Of a DNA stretch of 64,000 nt, positions 11,340 through 23,400 are shown piece after piece. Within the stretch, counting starts at the first letter, position 1, and the number at the start of each line of letters is the position of its first letter. Where the stretch lies: positions 30,072,001 to 30,136,000 of the forward strand of contig CM119372.1 in NCBI GenBank assembly GCA_051294905.1, given 5' to 3'. Origin of the DNA: Botryllus schlosseri. Lineage: Eukaryota. A program made the position numbers and the translations under genes. The notes under the pieces are model-generated. The model saw only the letters and a list, made by a program, of their open reading frames with translations, was not told the DNA's origin and did no database searches.

Positions 11340-11624
11340 GCAAGTTAGCGTAGTTGTATAATACACAGCTACAACACCAACGGGTTGTGGGTTGAAGTTC
11401 GACCGAGGTCAACTCCAGAATTCCTACCTAATTAAGTGTTGGAGGTTTATCTGAGCTCCTCCTCGCCATATCATTCGTCTAAGCGGTGTCTTATAGAAAG
11501 CCTAGAAGTGGGCCGTGCTACAAGTCGGCAGCTACGGAATAAGATTAAAGAAAATTGGCCTTGTGTGAATGATCATAGTAGTCGACAAACACCATGAATA
11601 CCGCGAACAAACAAACTCTTGTCA
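11340..11624 (+). mobile_element. tRNA-derived SINE, same family
   Basis: Collinear with the reverse complement of 49037-49314. Inserted inside a CAGGACC-family repeat. Confidence 0.85.
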
Positions 11625-14501
11625 GCTATGTCAAAAGATATTGAAATCGTCCAAACGTACTAAACTAACAGACGCACACGATTTCAAATCGGTATTTCTT
11701 CACTGGCTAATAATTTTTCTCTGTGGAATAGCATTTGTGGGGTTCAGATTGCCAGGACAGGAACATTCGGCGCTAGCCATTTAGGCCCATAACGAAGTTT
11801 TCGGTCAGCATAAGTGCCGTCCTTTACGGCCAAGGTATTCCAGCTACCGATCGTTCTGGCACACCTCTCAGAGTCGCATGTTTCAAGGCCTGAACCTTCA
11901 TATGTCTTGGTGCGGTAATGGCCGACGTCGAATTGCCCATATGTATATATATAAATCAATTGAGGGGGGTTTGGGGTGCGGCAGTTACGGTCCTGTGTAC
12001 TATACTGTTAACACATGGCAATACCGGTCACTTGCAGTTTTCCTGAAAAAAAAATCTATCGCATTTAATCTTCATAGTCATGACCTGACACTAACTTTTA
12101 GTTAGAGTAGTTGGTGCTTTAAAATAATGCTTCCTATCTGATACCCGATCTGATAACCTGCTTACCAGGTTAGCATTCCTCAGATGTAGTGTTTTCATCT
12201 ATTTTGAAAATGAATTAAATTATTCAGAAATGACCCGGGAATAGTATGCGCTTAGTTGGCCTTCCTTTGATAGTCATTGGTATTTTATTTCCGTCTCTAC
12301 GACCCCAGAGAATAAGCAAACGACCCCATTGCGGTCACGGCAGCAATTTATCTCGACGGCGTTACAGCCATTGCTATGCTTGGACATGAAATTAACCACG
12401 GAAACGTTGCACCTATAGAAGCCTGTAATATAAAAGAAAGATATCAATAGTCCCTGTCTAGCAGTCGAGTTTTTTAGGCCTAGTTTTCGATAAAAACCGA
12501 AAAACTTAAACCGCTACTTACTTTAGTAAGTATGGTTTCGCCAAAAAACTGTTAAAATTGAAGAGAAAGATAGTCTAAAACAGAGGTTCTCAAACTGGAG
12601 AGGGGATTCGCGACTCTTGAAGGACGTGAAAGCATCTGAGGAGAGGCGCGTAGCCGCCAGACAGAAATGATGTTTCTTGATGTAGCTCAGTGGGCCACAT
12701 GGGAATTTCGAGGTGGGCCATATGGGCATTTTGATATGAGCCATAGGGGTATGTTGAGGTAGGCCACAGAGCTATTTGTATAATTGTGTATTTAGTCAAA
12801 GATTAGGAATATTTGTTGTTCCATAAACTCAAAACATATATTCATATTATCGAATTTTTAAGCCGACTCTGAGCAGATGTAATGACACGTATGGAGGTAG
12901 GCTACATGTACATGTCGAAAAGGGGAGGGCGACACGGCGTATTTTGAACCCCGGCTACGCCTATGATCAAAAGCTAATAGCAACTAAAATAAGTTCGATT
13001 ATATAATAAATGGACCTTACTTCTGAAGTAATCAAGTATTCCTGCAGGGTCAAATATCGTATGCCGTTCAAAAGGGTGTGTCTTAAACTCGGAGTGTACT
13101 TGTTGCAGATATATGGTATCTTCCGCAGATCGTATAATATTGTAACATCAAAATAGTCTTAATTGCAATTTATTATCAATTATCAACTTGAAGTGTACGG
13201 CACTAGGACAACGAATCGTAATGGATTGAGTATTTAGAGCGGTGCATAAATCTTTGGAGTCGATCTAAAATGTCCGGCCTTGAAATCATTGTACATAATG
13301 TAAGAATCGCATGAATTTTTTGTGTCATTGGATTGAATGTTTTGACATTGAAACTTCAGTAGGTACAAGACATACGCACAGCTTGCATCATAGAAATTCG
13401 TTATTACTTCGCTGTAGTATCCCATTAACAGAAATCACGTTGAGAATTGTTTGAAGCCGGCCGAAAATCGTTTCGCTACCACAGTTATATTTATTCCTCA
13501 CCATAGTGGAACTTCGTGGATGCGGGGATTGGATCATTGTGTTTCGTTACGTGCGTGGAACAGTGGGTGCCCATAATGTATACAAGAGCTATATGGGCTA
13601 CCACTGCCGTACTTGTCGCATCCTAAAATCCTCTAATTCGTGGGAGATCGAACAACCCCAAAATTACTACGTTAGTCGTTTTTTATAGAGGAGATTTATG
13701 CCATTGAAAAATTTATTGCCGCTTCACGTGATTTCGTGTCGCTGGGGGTATCGATTTTAATATGAATAACAAGAACAATGCGCATATTTTAGACAAATAA
13801 GGAATATTGGCGCCAACGAATACCACGCATTTAACTGGTCCGACTCTAGGCAAAGAGGTGAGCCACAGGACATTTTCCAATCGAAAAATAGGCCAAGGCT
13901 AAAAAAGGTTGAGAACCCCTGATTTAGTTTATGATCAGGTACGTTTGAGCTACGCTCAAGTAGGGTAATGGAAGGGTTAGGCACTAAAATAGCTAAGATA
14001 AATGAGCGACGTGCAACCATTGTGCATGATTTATCTTTAACAAAATGTTAAACTGGAAATCTACTCGCGATTTACTCCCAGCTCGTATTGATTGCTTTGT
14101 GTATAGTCCGAATTCCATATTTGAGAAGTGTGTCAATAGCCATAACACCCTCCATGCCAGCAAACAATGCATTGAGATTGCAAACATTCTGGTTGCTCCA
14201 TTAAATATTTTTTGACATGATAAGGGGGCCCAAAATTTTTCGCTATCATCAAGGAGTGTGTCGAAAAAAGCGTGAGAACCACTGGTCTGAAACATAACCA
14301 TATGAGCAACTATTACAAGCAGTAAAATCGACTTGAATACTCTACTAAAAATGCACAGTTTTGGGCGGGAAAAAATTGGATTAGAAGTACTCTAAAACGT
14401 AACATAAATAGTAGTGTAAGAGACAGGACAAATCCATTGGAGTGCTCTCAAAAAGTGCAAGTACTTCAAATGCTGTTGAAGCAATCCGTTGCTATCTCCA
14501 G

Positions 14502-14825
14502 AAAGCGCCCGATGACAAACTGCTCGTGTTCAACTGCAGAGAAGGTTGGCGACCTCTGTGCCACTTTTTGGAGGTCCCATTCCCACAGAAAGCTTCTCCT
14601 CACAAGAACGTGAAGGGGGAGGTGATCAAAGAGACCATGCGTCATCCTCTCGCATTAGTTTATCAGAAGGAGGTCTTCACGAGCATGATTGTTTTCGTCG
14701 TAAAGCTGGTCGTGGGATTGTCGTTGATGAATTATTTCAACGCAAATTTTGTATGCAACATATTTGTCGACTATGTTATACGTAGACGGCAGTGTTGGGA
14801 CAACAGGAGTCCACTTTTTCTCTGA
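14502..14825 (+). pseudogene. Orphan 3' exon of a Sulfotransfer_4-like (P-loop sulfotransferase family) gene with a C-terminal hydrophobic segment
   Basis: After acceptor ctccag the frame reads KAPDDKLLVFNCREGWRPLCHFLEVPFPQKASPHKN, matching the family C-terminal signature LL-x-F-x-x-x-EGW-x-PLC-x-FL...P-x-x-N. A hydrophobic stretch follows (VFTSMIVFVVKLVVGLSLM). The last codons run into a MITE starting at 14789. No upstream exons were recognised. Confidence 0.6.
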
Positions 14826-15024
14826 TGACTTGACTAGACTCGACTCTCTTTGCAAAAAATGTCTTGACTTGACTTGACTCGACTTTGCAAAAATGTGGAT
14901 AGACTCGTTACTCGAATCAAAATTTTCGAGTCGATTTCAGGTCATCAGGTAATCGGTGTCAGCAAAGTCCTGCATCATGTTATCGACCCCCCTGATACGA
15001 TCTGTGTGAGAAAAGAGTCATAAA

Positions 15025-15871
15025 TAGGGCGATTTGTTTTTGAAATGTAAATAAAAGGTCAAAATTAGGTCAAAATTGTAGCGTTAGGTCAAAAAATGTC
15101 AAAATTGTTTACAAAGTTCAAACGTTTTTGAAACCTGCATTTCGTTTGTATCGTATATTTTGCACTGTCGGTGAACTTAACATTTGACATTCTACAGCTC
15201 ATAGCCTACTATAGCCTGCTCATAGTGAATCATAAACGGCCAAATCAAACAAATAGGTTGACATAGTGTTATGCTCAACGTACCGCAATATCCTAACTGA
15301 AGCAAGACTGCGTGGGAATTGCATGGTTCTTATATCAAGAAGCGCATGATGAAAAATTGTGATGTAGACACCATTGCCAACATGGTTTGTCACCAGCAGT
15401 GTACGCACAAATCTGGCGTTCTCAGCCAACAACTGCTGCTGTTGAACGTTCTTTCTCCATTCTTGGCAAGCTACTTAGTAAGTACAGACACTTTCTTCCC
15501 GATAATGTAGGAACGTATCTTTCGTTGTACTACAAAAATTTTCAAATATTTTCACCATAATGCTCAAAATGTAATTACTGGACTTCTTCATAGGGTCAGA
15601 TTTCGTTAAAATAACGTATTTTCATGTAAAAGATGTCAGTTTTGGAGGCGAACAAGTTTTTTCATGCCAAACTACTTCGTAAGGACAGACAGTTCCAACC
15701 AGAAATGAAGATAAGCAGTACAATTCTAACATTATGTTGGAAAACACCTATTTTGCTTAACGTTAGGTCAAATTTGGTCAAAATTAAAATTTTTAACGTA
15801 AGAAACTGTCAGCATTTTCGTTTTTTAGGTCAAAATCTTCCGTATTTTTCACTAAAAAAGAAATCGCCCCA
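15025..15871 (+). mobile_element. Internally deleted hAT-like element retaining a transposase C-terminus
   Basis: TIRs TAGGGCGATTT / AAATCGCCCCA and TSD GTCATAAA/GTGATAAA, with GGTCAAAA subterminal repeats. 15384-15560 reads SPAVYAQIWRSQPTTAAVERSFSILGKLLSKYRHFLPDNVGTYLSLYY, a hAT dimerisation-type 'VERSFS' motif. Confidence 0.75.
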
Positions 15872-16056
15872 GTGATAAAACGATTGCGCAGCTTGGTTTT
15901 ACTCAGCCCCCGTCGCTAAGTCGCAAATAAATTGACCGTGAACGTAGCGATTAGACTAGAGCAGGGGTGGCCAACCTTTTTGTTATTCATGGCCGCATTT
16001 CCACTACTTATGTAACCCAAGGCCGCATTCCAGGCCATAGCCGTAATGACATAACT

Positions 16057-17323
16057 CAGAGGTCTCAAACTAAAATGTGCTCGCGGGCAATTTTCCTGGA
16101 TTTTGATGGCGCCGCGGGCCGAAGCACCAATAATAGCGCTATTCAATATATTTGCGATTAGGCGCTATTTAGCGGGACCTTGCAGACTGGCATTTCACAC
16201 ACATCGTGGAAATGTGATTTAATATTGTGAATTCACGCCTATAGCACGAAAAAATTAAATTTTTGAACATTTGAATGAAATTGTTGTTGTACTTGGCACA
16301 GTGTGTCAAAATAATTAGTTATAGACACCGTGTGATCGTATAAATGCACCACGACATCGTAAAAGCTGTCGCGTTATAATTTTGCAGCTAGCGGACATTT
16401 GACGTGCCACTATATTAGGTAGAATTGTAGGCTTCGGTAGAATATTTTAGATTTGAGCAAAGATTGATCTGATATCAGAGCATAGAAGCAGCACAGCTGA
16501 ATCCGGACTTCCGGAATACTCCCGATTACCTGGCTGTTGATCATCTCATTACCAATAAAGTGAAATTAAATCAGCGTTAGATTTACCTTCGAAAATTGGA
16601 ACAGGACATAGTAATAAAAATGTCCAATCGCCGAAGAATCCATTGGTGTTAGAGCTGCGGAGCGTACCACTACCTTACTCGCCACCTTTGATTGGCGATA
16701 ATAACATGGATGAAGAGACCCAAGATGACGCAGGATGTAACTAACTGTGCAGCAGGGGCAGCGGAATGCTAATGGTTGCCATACCGGCCTGTTTAGCTAG
16801 CTAAATACGCTACGTAACGCAAGCTACGATCATTTGATATATTTCTATTCTCCATTACAGTCTGATGATTTGTTGCGTCCGTGGTTGTATACAAAGTCAC
16901 GGCGTTCCGAGTCACAAGTCCTTATTTGATTGTAACGTTCGATCCGACTCTACTCGAGTCATGTTCATTTTATCACTTATTAAGTCCGAGTTCGAATAGG
17001 CTAATTCTACAAAAGGTCATGCCCAAGTCCAAATCACAATTTTCAGTCCCTAATCATCAGCAGGCCAAGTTTTGCCACCATAAACAGGTAATGTGACGTA
17101 ATAGCTGATCTTCCACTGCAGGCTAGCTTTTAAAAGTGATGTGATAGTGACGTTTAACAACAAGTATATTCCGGTTCTTGGAGTGGTTTTAGAGCGAATT
17201 TGAAGTTCTCAAATCGAAAAAAAAAGATATGTGGCGGTTAAATAATGTCGAATACTTCAAGATCCAAAATGTCGACGCGGGCCGCACAAAATTAACTTGC
17301 GGGCCGCGTGTTTGAGACCTCTG
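16057..17323. mobile_element. Nested hAT-type MITE
   Basis: Perfect TIR CAGAGGTCTCAAAC / GTTTGAGACCTCTG with GCGGGCCG subterminal motifs. The TSD is degenerate. Confidence 0.75.
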
Positions 17324-18075
17324 AACTAACTGGACGCCATATACTCATGTTCCACTGTACATGTCCATTTCCAGCGAACTTCGGACTAATCGACTTCTTC
17401 ATACCGGGTTACTATACGCACCGCAATCGCTTGTTCATGTTATGAACATACAGAGGAACCGAATATGGCGGCGCGCAGCGCGAAATTTTTTCAAATTCAA
17501 GAAAGAATTTCGTCATTAATATTAGTAGTCTCACATGTTACTATCAAATATTTATTCTTTCTCAGCCTATGTGATCAGATTCACCGGTAGAATTGATGGA
17601 GGGAGTGTTTTCGAAAATTTGGGGCAAGGTATACATGATGATGTATCTTCGGGTGGGCCAATTTTTATTAGTCACTTTGTTACATGCTGTTATTTCTTGA
17701 CCTCTCATCAGCATTGTCGGTATAATGGAAATATATTGGAATCGCCCAAACGTACCGGAAACAAATTGCCAAGAGGAGCGCACGACCCCAAGTTGATATT
17801 TCTGTTTGGGGTTCATCATTTTCCTCTGCTGTTCGCATCGATTGGAAAGGGCGCTACTATATTAAAATCGAAAAAAGGAGTGGCACTGAATCGCCCCTAG
17901 CGCGAAGAAAATGTCAAGATTACTTGAAATCTCTAAAAAATTCGGGAGCCAATTGATAAATTCAATTTTCCTGTCGACGGCCGGCCGCACACACATACTA
18001 ATTGAAGTACGTGTCCAAAGCCGCACAAATTTCCATCTACCGCCGCATCTGGCCGTATGGCCGCAGGTTGGCCAC

Positions 18076-19052
18076 TAAGGATGGTGTGAACGTGAGGTTC
18101 ACGTTCGCGTTCTGTGTGTGAACCTCGGAAATTTAGAGGTTCACGTTCACAAACGAACCTTGGTAGGTTCTGGACTGTGAACCTTTTGCATGTATTACAA
18201 TTTTCGCCTCGTTATAACATCTTTGGTTGAAATGTATTGCATTTCAACTACGGGCCACTCTATGCACGGCGCTGGCAGCATAACGAGAATCAACACTAAA
18301 CGAGCATGCACTTTGACAATTTCAAAAATTGTACTTGTTTGTAACTAAAGTTCACTCGAAATATCCAACTTTCCGTTTGTGAATATTTAGTGACTCTTGC
18401 TGTGAGCTTGACCCGCAATCACGCAACATCAAGAGCGAAATACACTGCATGTATGTAGTCAGCGAATGATGCTTGAACCAATCAATGAAATTGATAGCGT
18501 TTTCTGATGTAAAAAATCTATCAAGCATACGGGGTCAATTTTGATTTCATATGTTTATTGTATCATAAAAACAAAATCCGTGCGATTGGGGTGTTTGTCA
18601 CTGCTGAATAACTTGTTTAGGGGGTAATATCGGTAGTATGCACAGAAACCCGTTTTGCACTCTGCTCAATATCAACGTAGCAATCCTCAGACGCCGAATG
18701 CATTGTCCATTCTGGGATAGACCGTAAGCTTTATATTCCATTGCAAGTCCTCGGCAAATTTGTTGGCAAAGCGACGGAAGATATTGATTTTATGGGATTA
18801 TTATATCATTTGATGGCCCCATTTGACGACGTTTAAAACGTCAGTGCCCCTGCATTGCGTCATTATGTGGCCCGAATCGTCGCTAGGAATCGTGTACATT
18901 AATATAGGCCGTCATCACTGAAATGTAGGGTTGGAATTAGCAGCATGACGTCATGTGACGTCATGAAGTTCACGTTCGTGTTCACACAGAACCTTGCAAA
19001 AAGGTTCGCGTTCACGCGAACCTGAACCTTTCAGAGGTTCACACCATCCCTA
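18076..19052. mobile_element. ~1-kb MITE family 'GGTTCAC', copy 1
   Basis: TIR TA(G)GGATGGTGTGAAC / GTTCACACCATCCCTA. TSD TTGGCCAC/TTGGCCAT. Homologous over its full length to the copies at 33985 and 41198. Confidence 0.9.
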
Positions 19053-20474
19053 TTGGCCATTTCTGGACTAGAGCTTCCGTTGTTGTAGACTAGTAGTAAT
19101 CTATATATAGCAGTGTCTTTCTGCTGTGTGCTAATCTTAACAAAACTCCTGCATCATTTTATATTAGTTTATGCATTTATATTGCTTGTCAACATCGCTA
19201 CATCGATAGTTCCAAACCTTTCCATATACAACAGGAGCTCCTCCGCAAAAACTTTGAAGCTGACTGAGCCCCGGATCATTGAAATTGGCGGTTGATTTCA
19301 GAAGAGAAAGCACTGAAAGTCAATGTGCGCCCTTATACTAATATTCATCGCAGGACCGTAAATGACACACCCGAATTCCTCAATCGTGGGTGGTGGGGGT
19401 GTGACAAGATCGAAGGTGACCCAAAATTATATTATAAAAGACAGCATAAAATCTAGTCTTTTGTGACCGATTTATTTATATTGAAATTTTTCTTCGCGCC
19501 TGTCGTAATTTAGTTTAGAGAAGAGCATCCTAATATCGCATGAGGCCGTTGGGATGCTTTAGTCTAGCGGTTTGCAACCTGTGGGAATTAGGAACCGATA
19601 GTTTGTTGCAAGAAATTAAGCAAATATTACGTGCTTTAAACGATAGCTCTGGTTCGGTAGCGACCCAAATTTATACCTTTCGCTCCGCATACTTAAATAA
19701 CCACTGGGGCTACGAATGCCGTTTCCAGCTTCAGATAAGTGCTTACTGGGATTCATTGCTTGAGGCGATAATTGTGACACAACTAAAAATGTTTTGCTCA
19801 CCAGTTGGTAATATTTCGATATTCACATATTTTAGCACGCTGCACACGAAAGGTTGCCGACCCCTGATGTTAAAAAACACTAGATATTATTCTGGGTGTA
19901 TTATAGTCACGCCAACTTAGCTACTTTATTACAGACTGTGGTAAAATATTGTAGTAAAATAGTCTGGCATGCGTCTTGGTTTTGGTCGTCTTGGGGCAGC
20001 CTTATTTTGGGATGCAACAAATACTGCAGAACCTGAAGTACAGTAGTTAACTGGAGTGACTAATTCACCCAGATGAATTATGATATCCGATCAAATAGCG
20101 ACTATACTTGGATCTTGGTCCCTGCGTGACCGGCACAACCCTTCACTTATTTGTTTCAGACATTATTCAACTAAATTCTGGTGCCAGGAATTTAGTAAGT
20201 ATGAATTTCGGCTTGATTCTCAAATCCGATCAGAAATTCAGATATTCATCTTACATCTTGAACAACTTTTGGAGCTGAAAATAATAAATCCGCTCCTCCG
20301 CTCATCCACTCGCATAAATCTGTCGACACCAATCTACAATTGTACTGCAATACAACAATCAACACTGCGCGCTGCGCCATTTCGCCGCGCAACCGCCGAA
20401 AGGGCCTTGTCATGCGAGAATTGAATATTCCAAGCGCTTTTCTTTATTACGGAAAGACACAATAGGCAAGCAGA

Positions 20475-23400
20475 TCACAACGGGTGTTTGTCAAAGCAGT
20501 TGCCGCGAACGAATTCAAGCCTCATAGACATGTGATTGTTCCACGACTGAGGATAAATTCGAATGTATCGACATGAAAGTACCGACGAAAAGCGATTGTA
20601 GACTTTGGTATCCGTGTCAGAGTTTCCTGTGTAGATCTGAGAATATAATTTACATTAACAATCGCACAGAATGGTGCTTTCCAACCTGTGTGACGGTTCG
20701 CAATTGTGCGAATGAAAAAAGTTGCAGTGCGAATGACGAAGGTGGTGCGAATGGTGCGAATAAAAAATCCGGATGTGTGCGAATGAAAATCGTGAAGAAT
20801 AATTGTTCATTTTCTGACGTGGAATAATTCAAATAAACCTAATACGAAGTTCAAGGGCAGTGTAACCATAGTGTCCTATATGGTGTGGACACAGCGAGAC
20901 TGAACGGTTCACTGCATTTGGGTTACGGCATACTTTCCATTTGACCGAAGCCAGCTTTACGGCCCTTTTTGACCGGCTTGCCAAGCGCTAAATTCAGTAA
21001 AACGGATATCGAGGGAAACCTGTTGCTATACTGATTACGAAAATATAAATTTTATTCTGTTCATGGTCCCAGAACCCCCCGAAACCAACCTAGAAATTTG
21101 CATTGTCATCGAGTTTTGTCATTGTGACGCAACATGACTGTCTGGCTCTTTCTTCTCAGCTTTACTCTCGTTTTGACAGACAGAATTGTACTAGTTTAGG
21201 GGTGTGCAACCAACGAGCGAGTTCAGGCATATGAGACTCATTCAATGCAAGGCTAACCCATTCTGCGTCGGGTCACATGAAGACGTAAAGTTTTGGTCAT
21301 CATACCGCTGATAAAATACAGTGCCAAAAACATAAGCGGCGACAAAACCTTGACCAGAAATGACCGATGCTGGATGGCCAAACCTTTCGATATGGATATG
21401 CTCCGTTGTCGGCACGGAATAATCCCGTTCTTGCAATCTGAGCAGGCAGTAGTACTAATGCGACACGCAAAGGAATTTATTCACCCTAGTTTGAAATCGC
21501 GTGCGTCAGACTTGTTTTGAGGGCTGTGTTGGGTAGAATTGTGGTGTGCGCATTCTTATGTATTACATTACATGTCCGAAAAATCGTAGCATACTACTGT
21601 ATTATTAAAAATGAATTCCTTTTCATGGGTGAGGCTCGGGTCACGAGATGCCACAAAAACTCAGATGTTGGTGGTAGTCTAAAAAGCTGCTTAAAGGTTA
21701 TTAAACTGTTATGAATTCTCAAGTTAGAATGAGCTAAAGAGCTGAACACACAGTATCGTGAGTTTATCTGCTCTTATATACTCGCGAGACGGAAAATGGG
21801 TAATCGAAAAAAAGTTGGAGCAACGTATCATAAGGTAGCGAGCTCTAATGTGCCTACTCTCCTTGATCGTTTTGGACCTTATTTTCCGCGACATCAAGCA
21901 AAAGCCTCAACACACACATGCGAATATTTCACCCTTTCGAAAAACGGGAGCCTCCGGAACCTTTGTGTCAGCTCTCAAAAACGATTTCTGCCGGCAAGCA
22001 TTTTTCACTCCCGTAAAATACGCTGTATTTTGGATAGGAGTGCAGAAAAGATTTCAAGACCTGGCCATCCAAGCGCTAGTAGACGTTCTTGTGACACAAA
22101 ACCCGACAACTTGTTGGGTTTTACTGAAGTAGTTGAAATCAAAACGAGCTAAAAAAGTTGCCTATTTAATGAGATACTTCATAGCTTAAGCTACATAGTA
22201 GCCAATTTGTTGCACATCTGAACAAAACGTTGTTAAATATCTTCATCTTCTTTTTGTATAACAATTTTCGGTTATTACGAATGAAATTTATTTTACAAAA
22301 GAAGTGCGAATGGAGCTCAAAAAGGTTGAAAAGTACTGGCATAGATTATTTAGTCCTGTCTTTATCTAAGTTTGTTGAATTGGTACATTCATTCAATGCT
22401 CACTGTAGACCAGTGGTTCTCAACCTTTTTGTCTTCGCGGACCGCTTTTGAACCGTAACGGACCCCCGCGAACCCCCGAAAGTTTTCGTTCAAAATTAGC
22501 TCAATTATCATACAACCGCCATCTGTTTGGTGCAAATATTAATTGGAGGCTAGAAATAAACAGCCACTAAATGACATTTCTTGAAAATAACATCACACGA
22601 TATGTATAGAAATTGGGTATTTCTAAGCAAATTTTGCAGCTGTATGTATTGTCTTGAAAATCCACGTCTTTGAGTTGATATGAACGTGCGCCGATCGAAA
22701 ATCCGTTTCCACAAGGATATTATGATGGAAAATGTAATATTAATTCATAATGTTTCCGAGGACAGCTTTTGGTGTAAGTTTTTAATGAACATATCACGTG
22801 CAGCCTAGTCATTTCTATGTACCATCTCATCTTGGAGTAATTTAGTGGTTGTATCACAGGAGAAAATGGATTTCGTGGCGAGGTTACGATTCCTTTATTG
22901 GGGCAGATTGGGAAAATACAGGAATTCCTATTTCAAACGACCGTTTACTAATTTGCTGAGACTGCCAACTCCAATCCAAGATGTTTTGCAAAGATTTCGA
23001 AGTCACCCCATTTGACCTTGCTATCTCCAACATATCATTTTACCACAAACCCCAACAAAACATCTTTAAACAGCAATATGTTCGCATCGACAGGCTATTG
23101 GCAATTTGACAAATAAAATTAGTTAACACTGTCGCATATTTCATCTCAGACAACCATTTTAATGATGTGACTCCTAAAGTTTTAGCAATTATGAAGCGAA
23201 AATGTCTCATGCTTTTCCTAATTAAAAAATAAAAATTAGTTTATCAATCATTTTACAAATTTAGAGGTTTCGCGGACCCCCTGGAAATGCTTCGCATCTG
23301 TCAACCTCATGCATCCGACCATGCTATACACACACTATCTCAAATCTTCAAGTTATTCTTCTAGCTGTTGTTGTTGTTTTCGATTTTGTTGTTGTCGATA

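Larger units (their letters stand above)
15962..19065. mobile_element. hAT-type MITE carrying two nested insertions
   Basis: Begins CAGGGGTGGCCAAC. The right TIR GTTGGCCA..TTTCTG is interrupted by the 18076-19052 insert. Perfect TSD GACTAGAG at 15954-15961 and 19066-19073. Confidence 0.85.

Noticed and set aside
12690..12770. Four degenerate ~24-bp repeats (GTGGGCCAYATGGG)
   Set aside because: Probably an internal repeat of an old TIR element. No boundaries or function could be supported.
13506..13688. ORF with GDWIIVFRY after a possible splice acceptor
   Set aside because: No partner exons or recognisable domain could be supported.
19075..19160. Similarity to 42546-42630 as part of the discoidin duplication unit
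   Set aside because: The sequence belongs to a dispersed MITE family also present reversed at 37941-38853.
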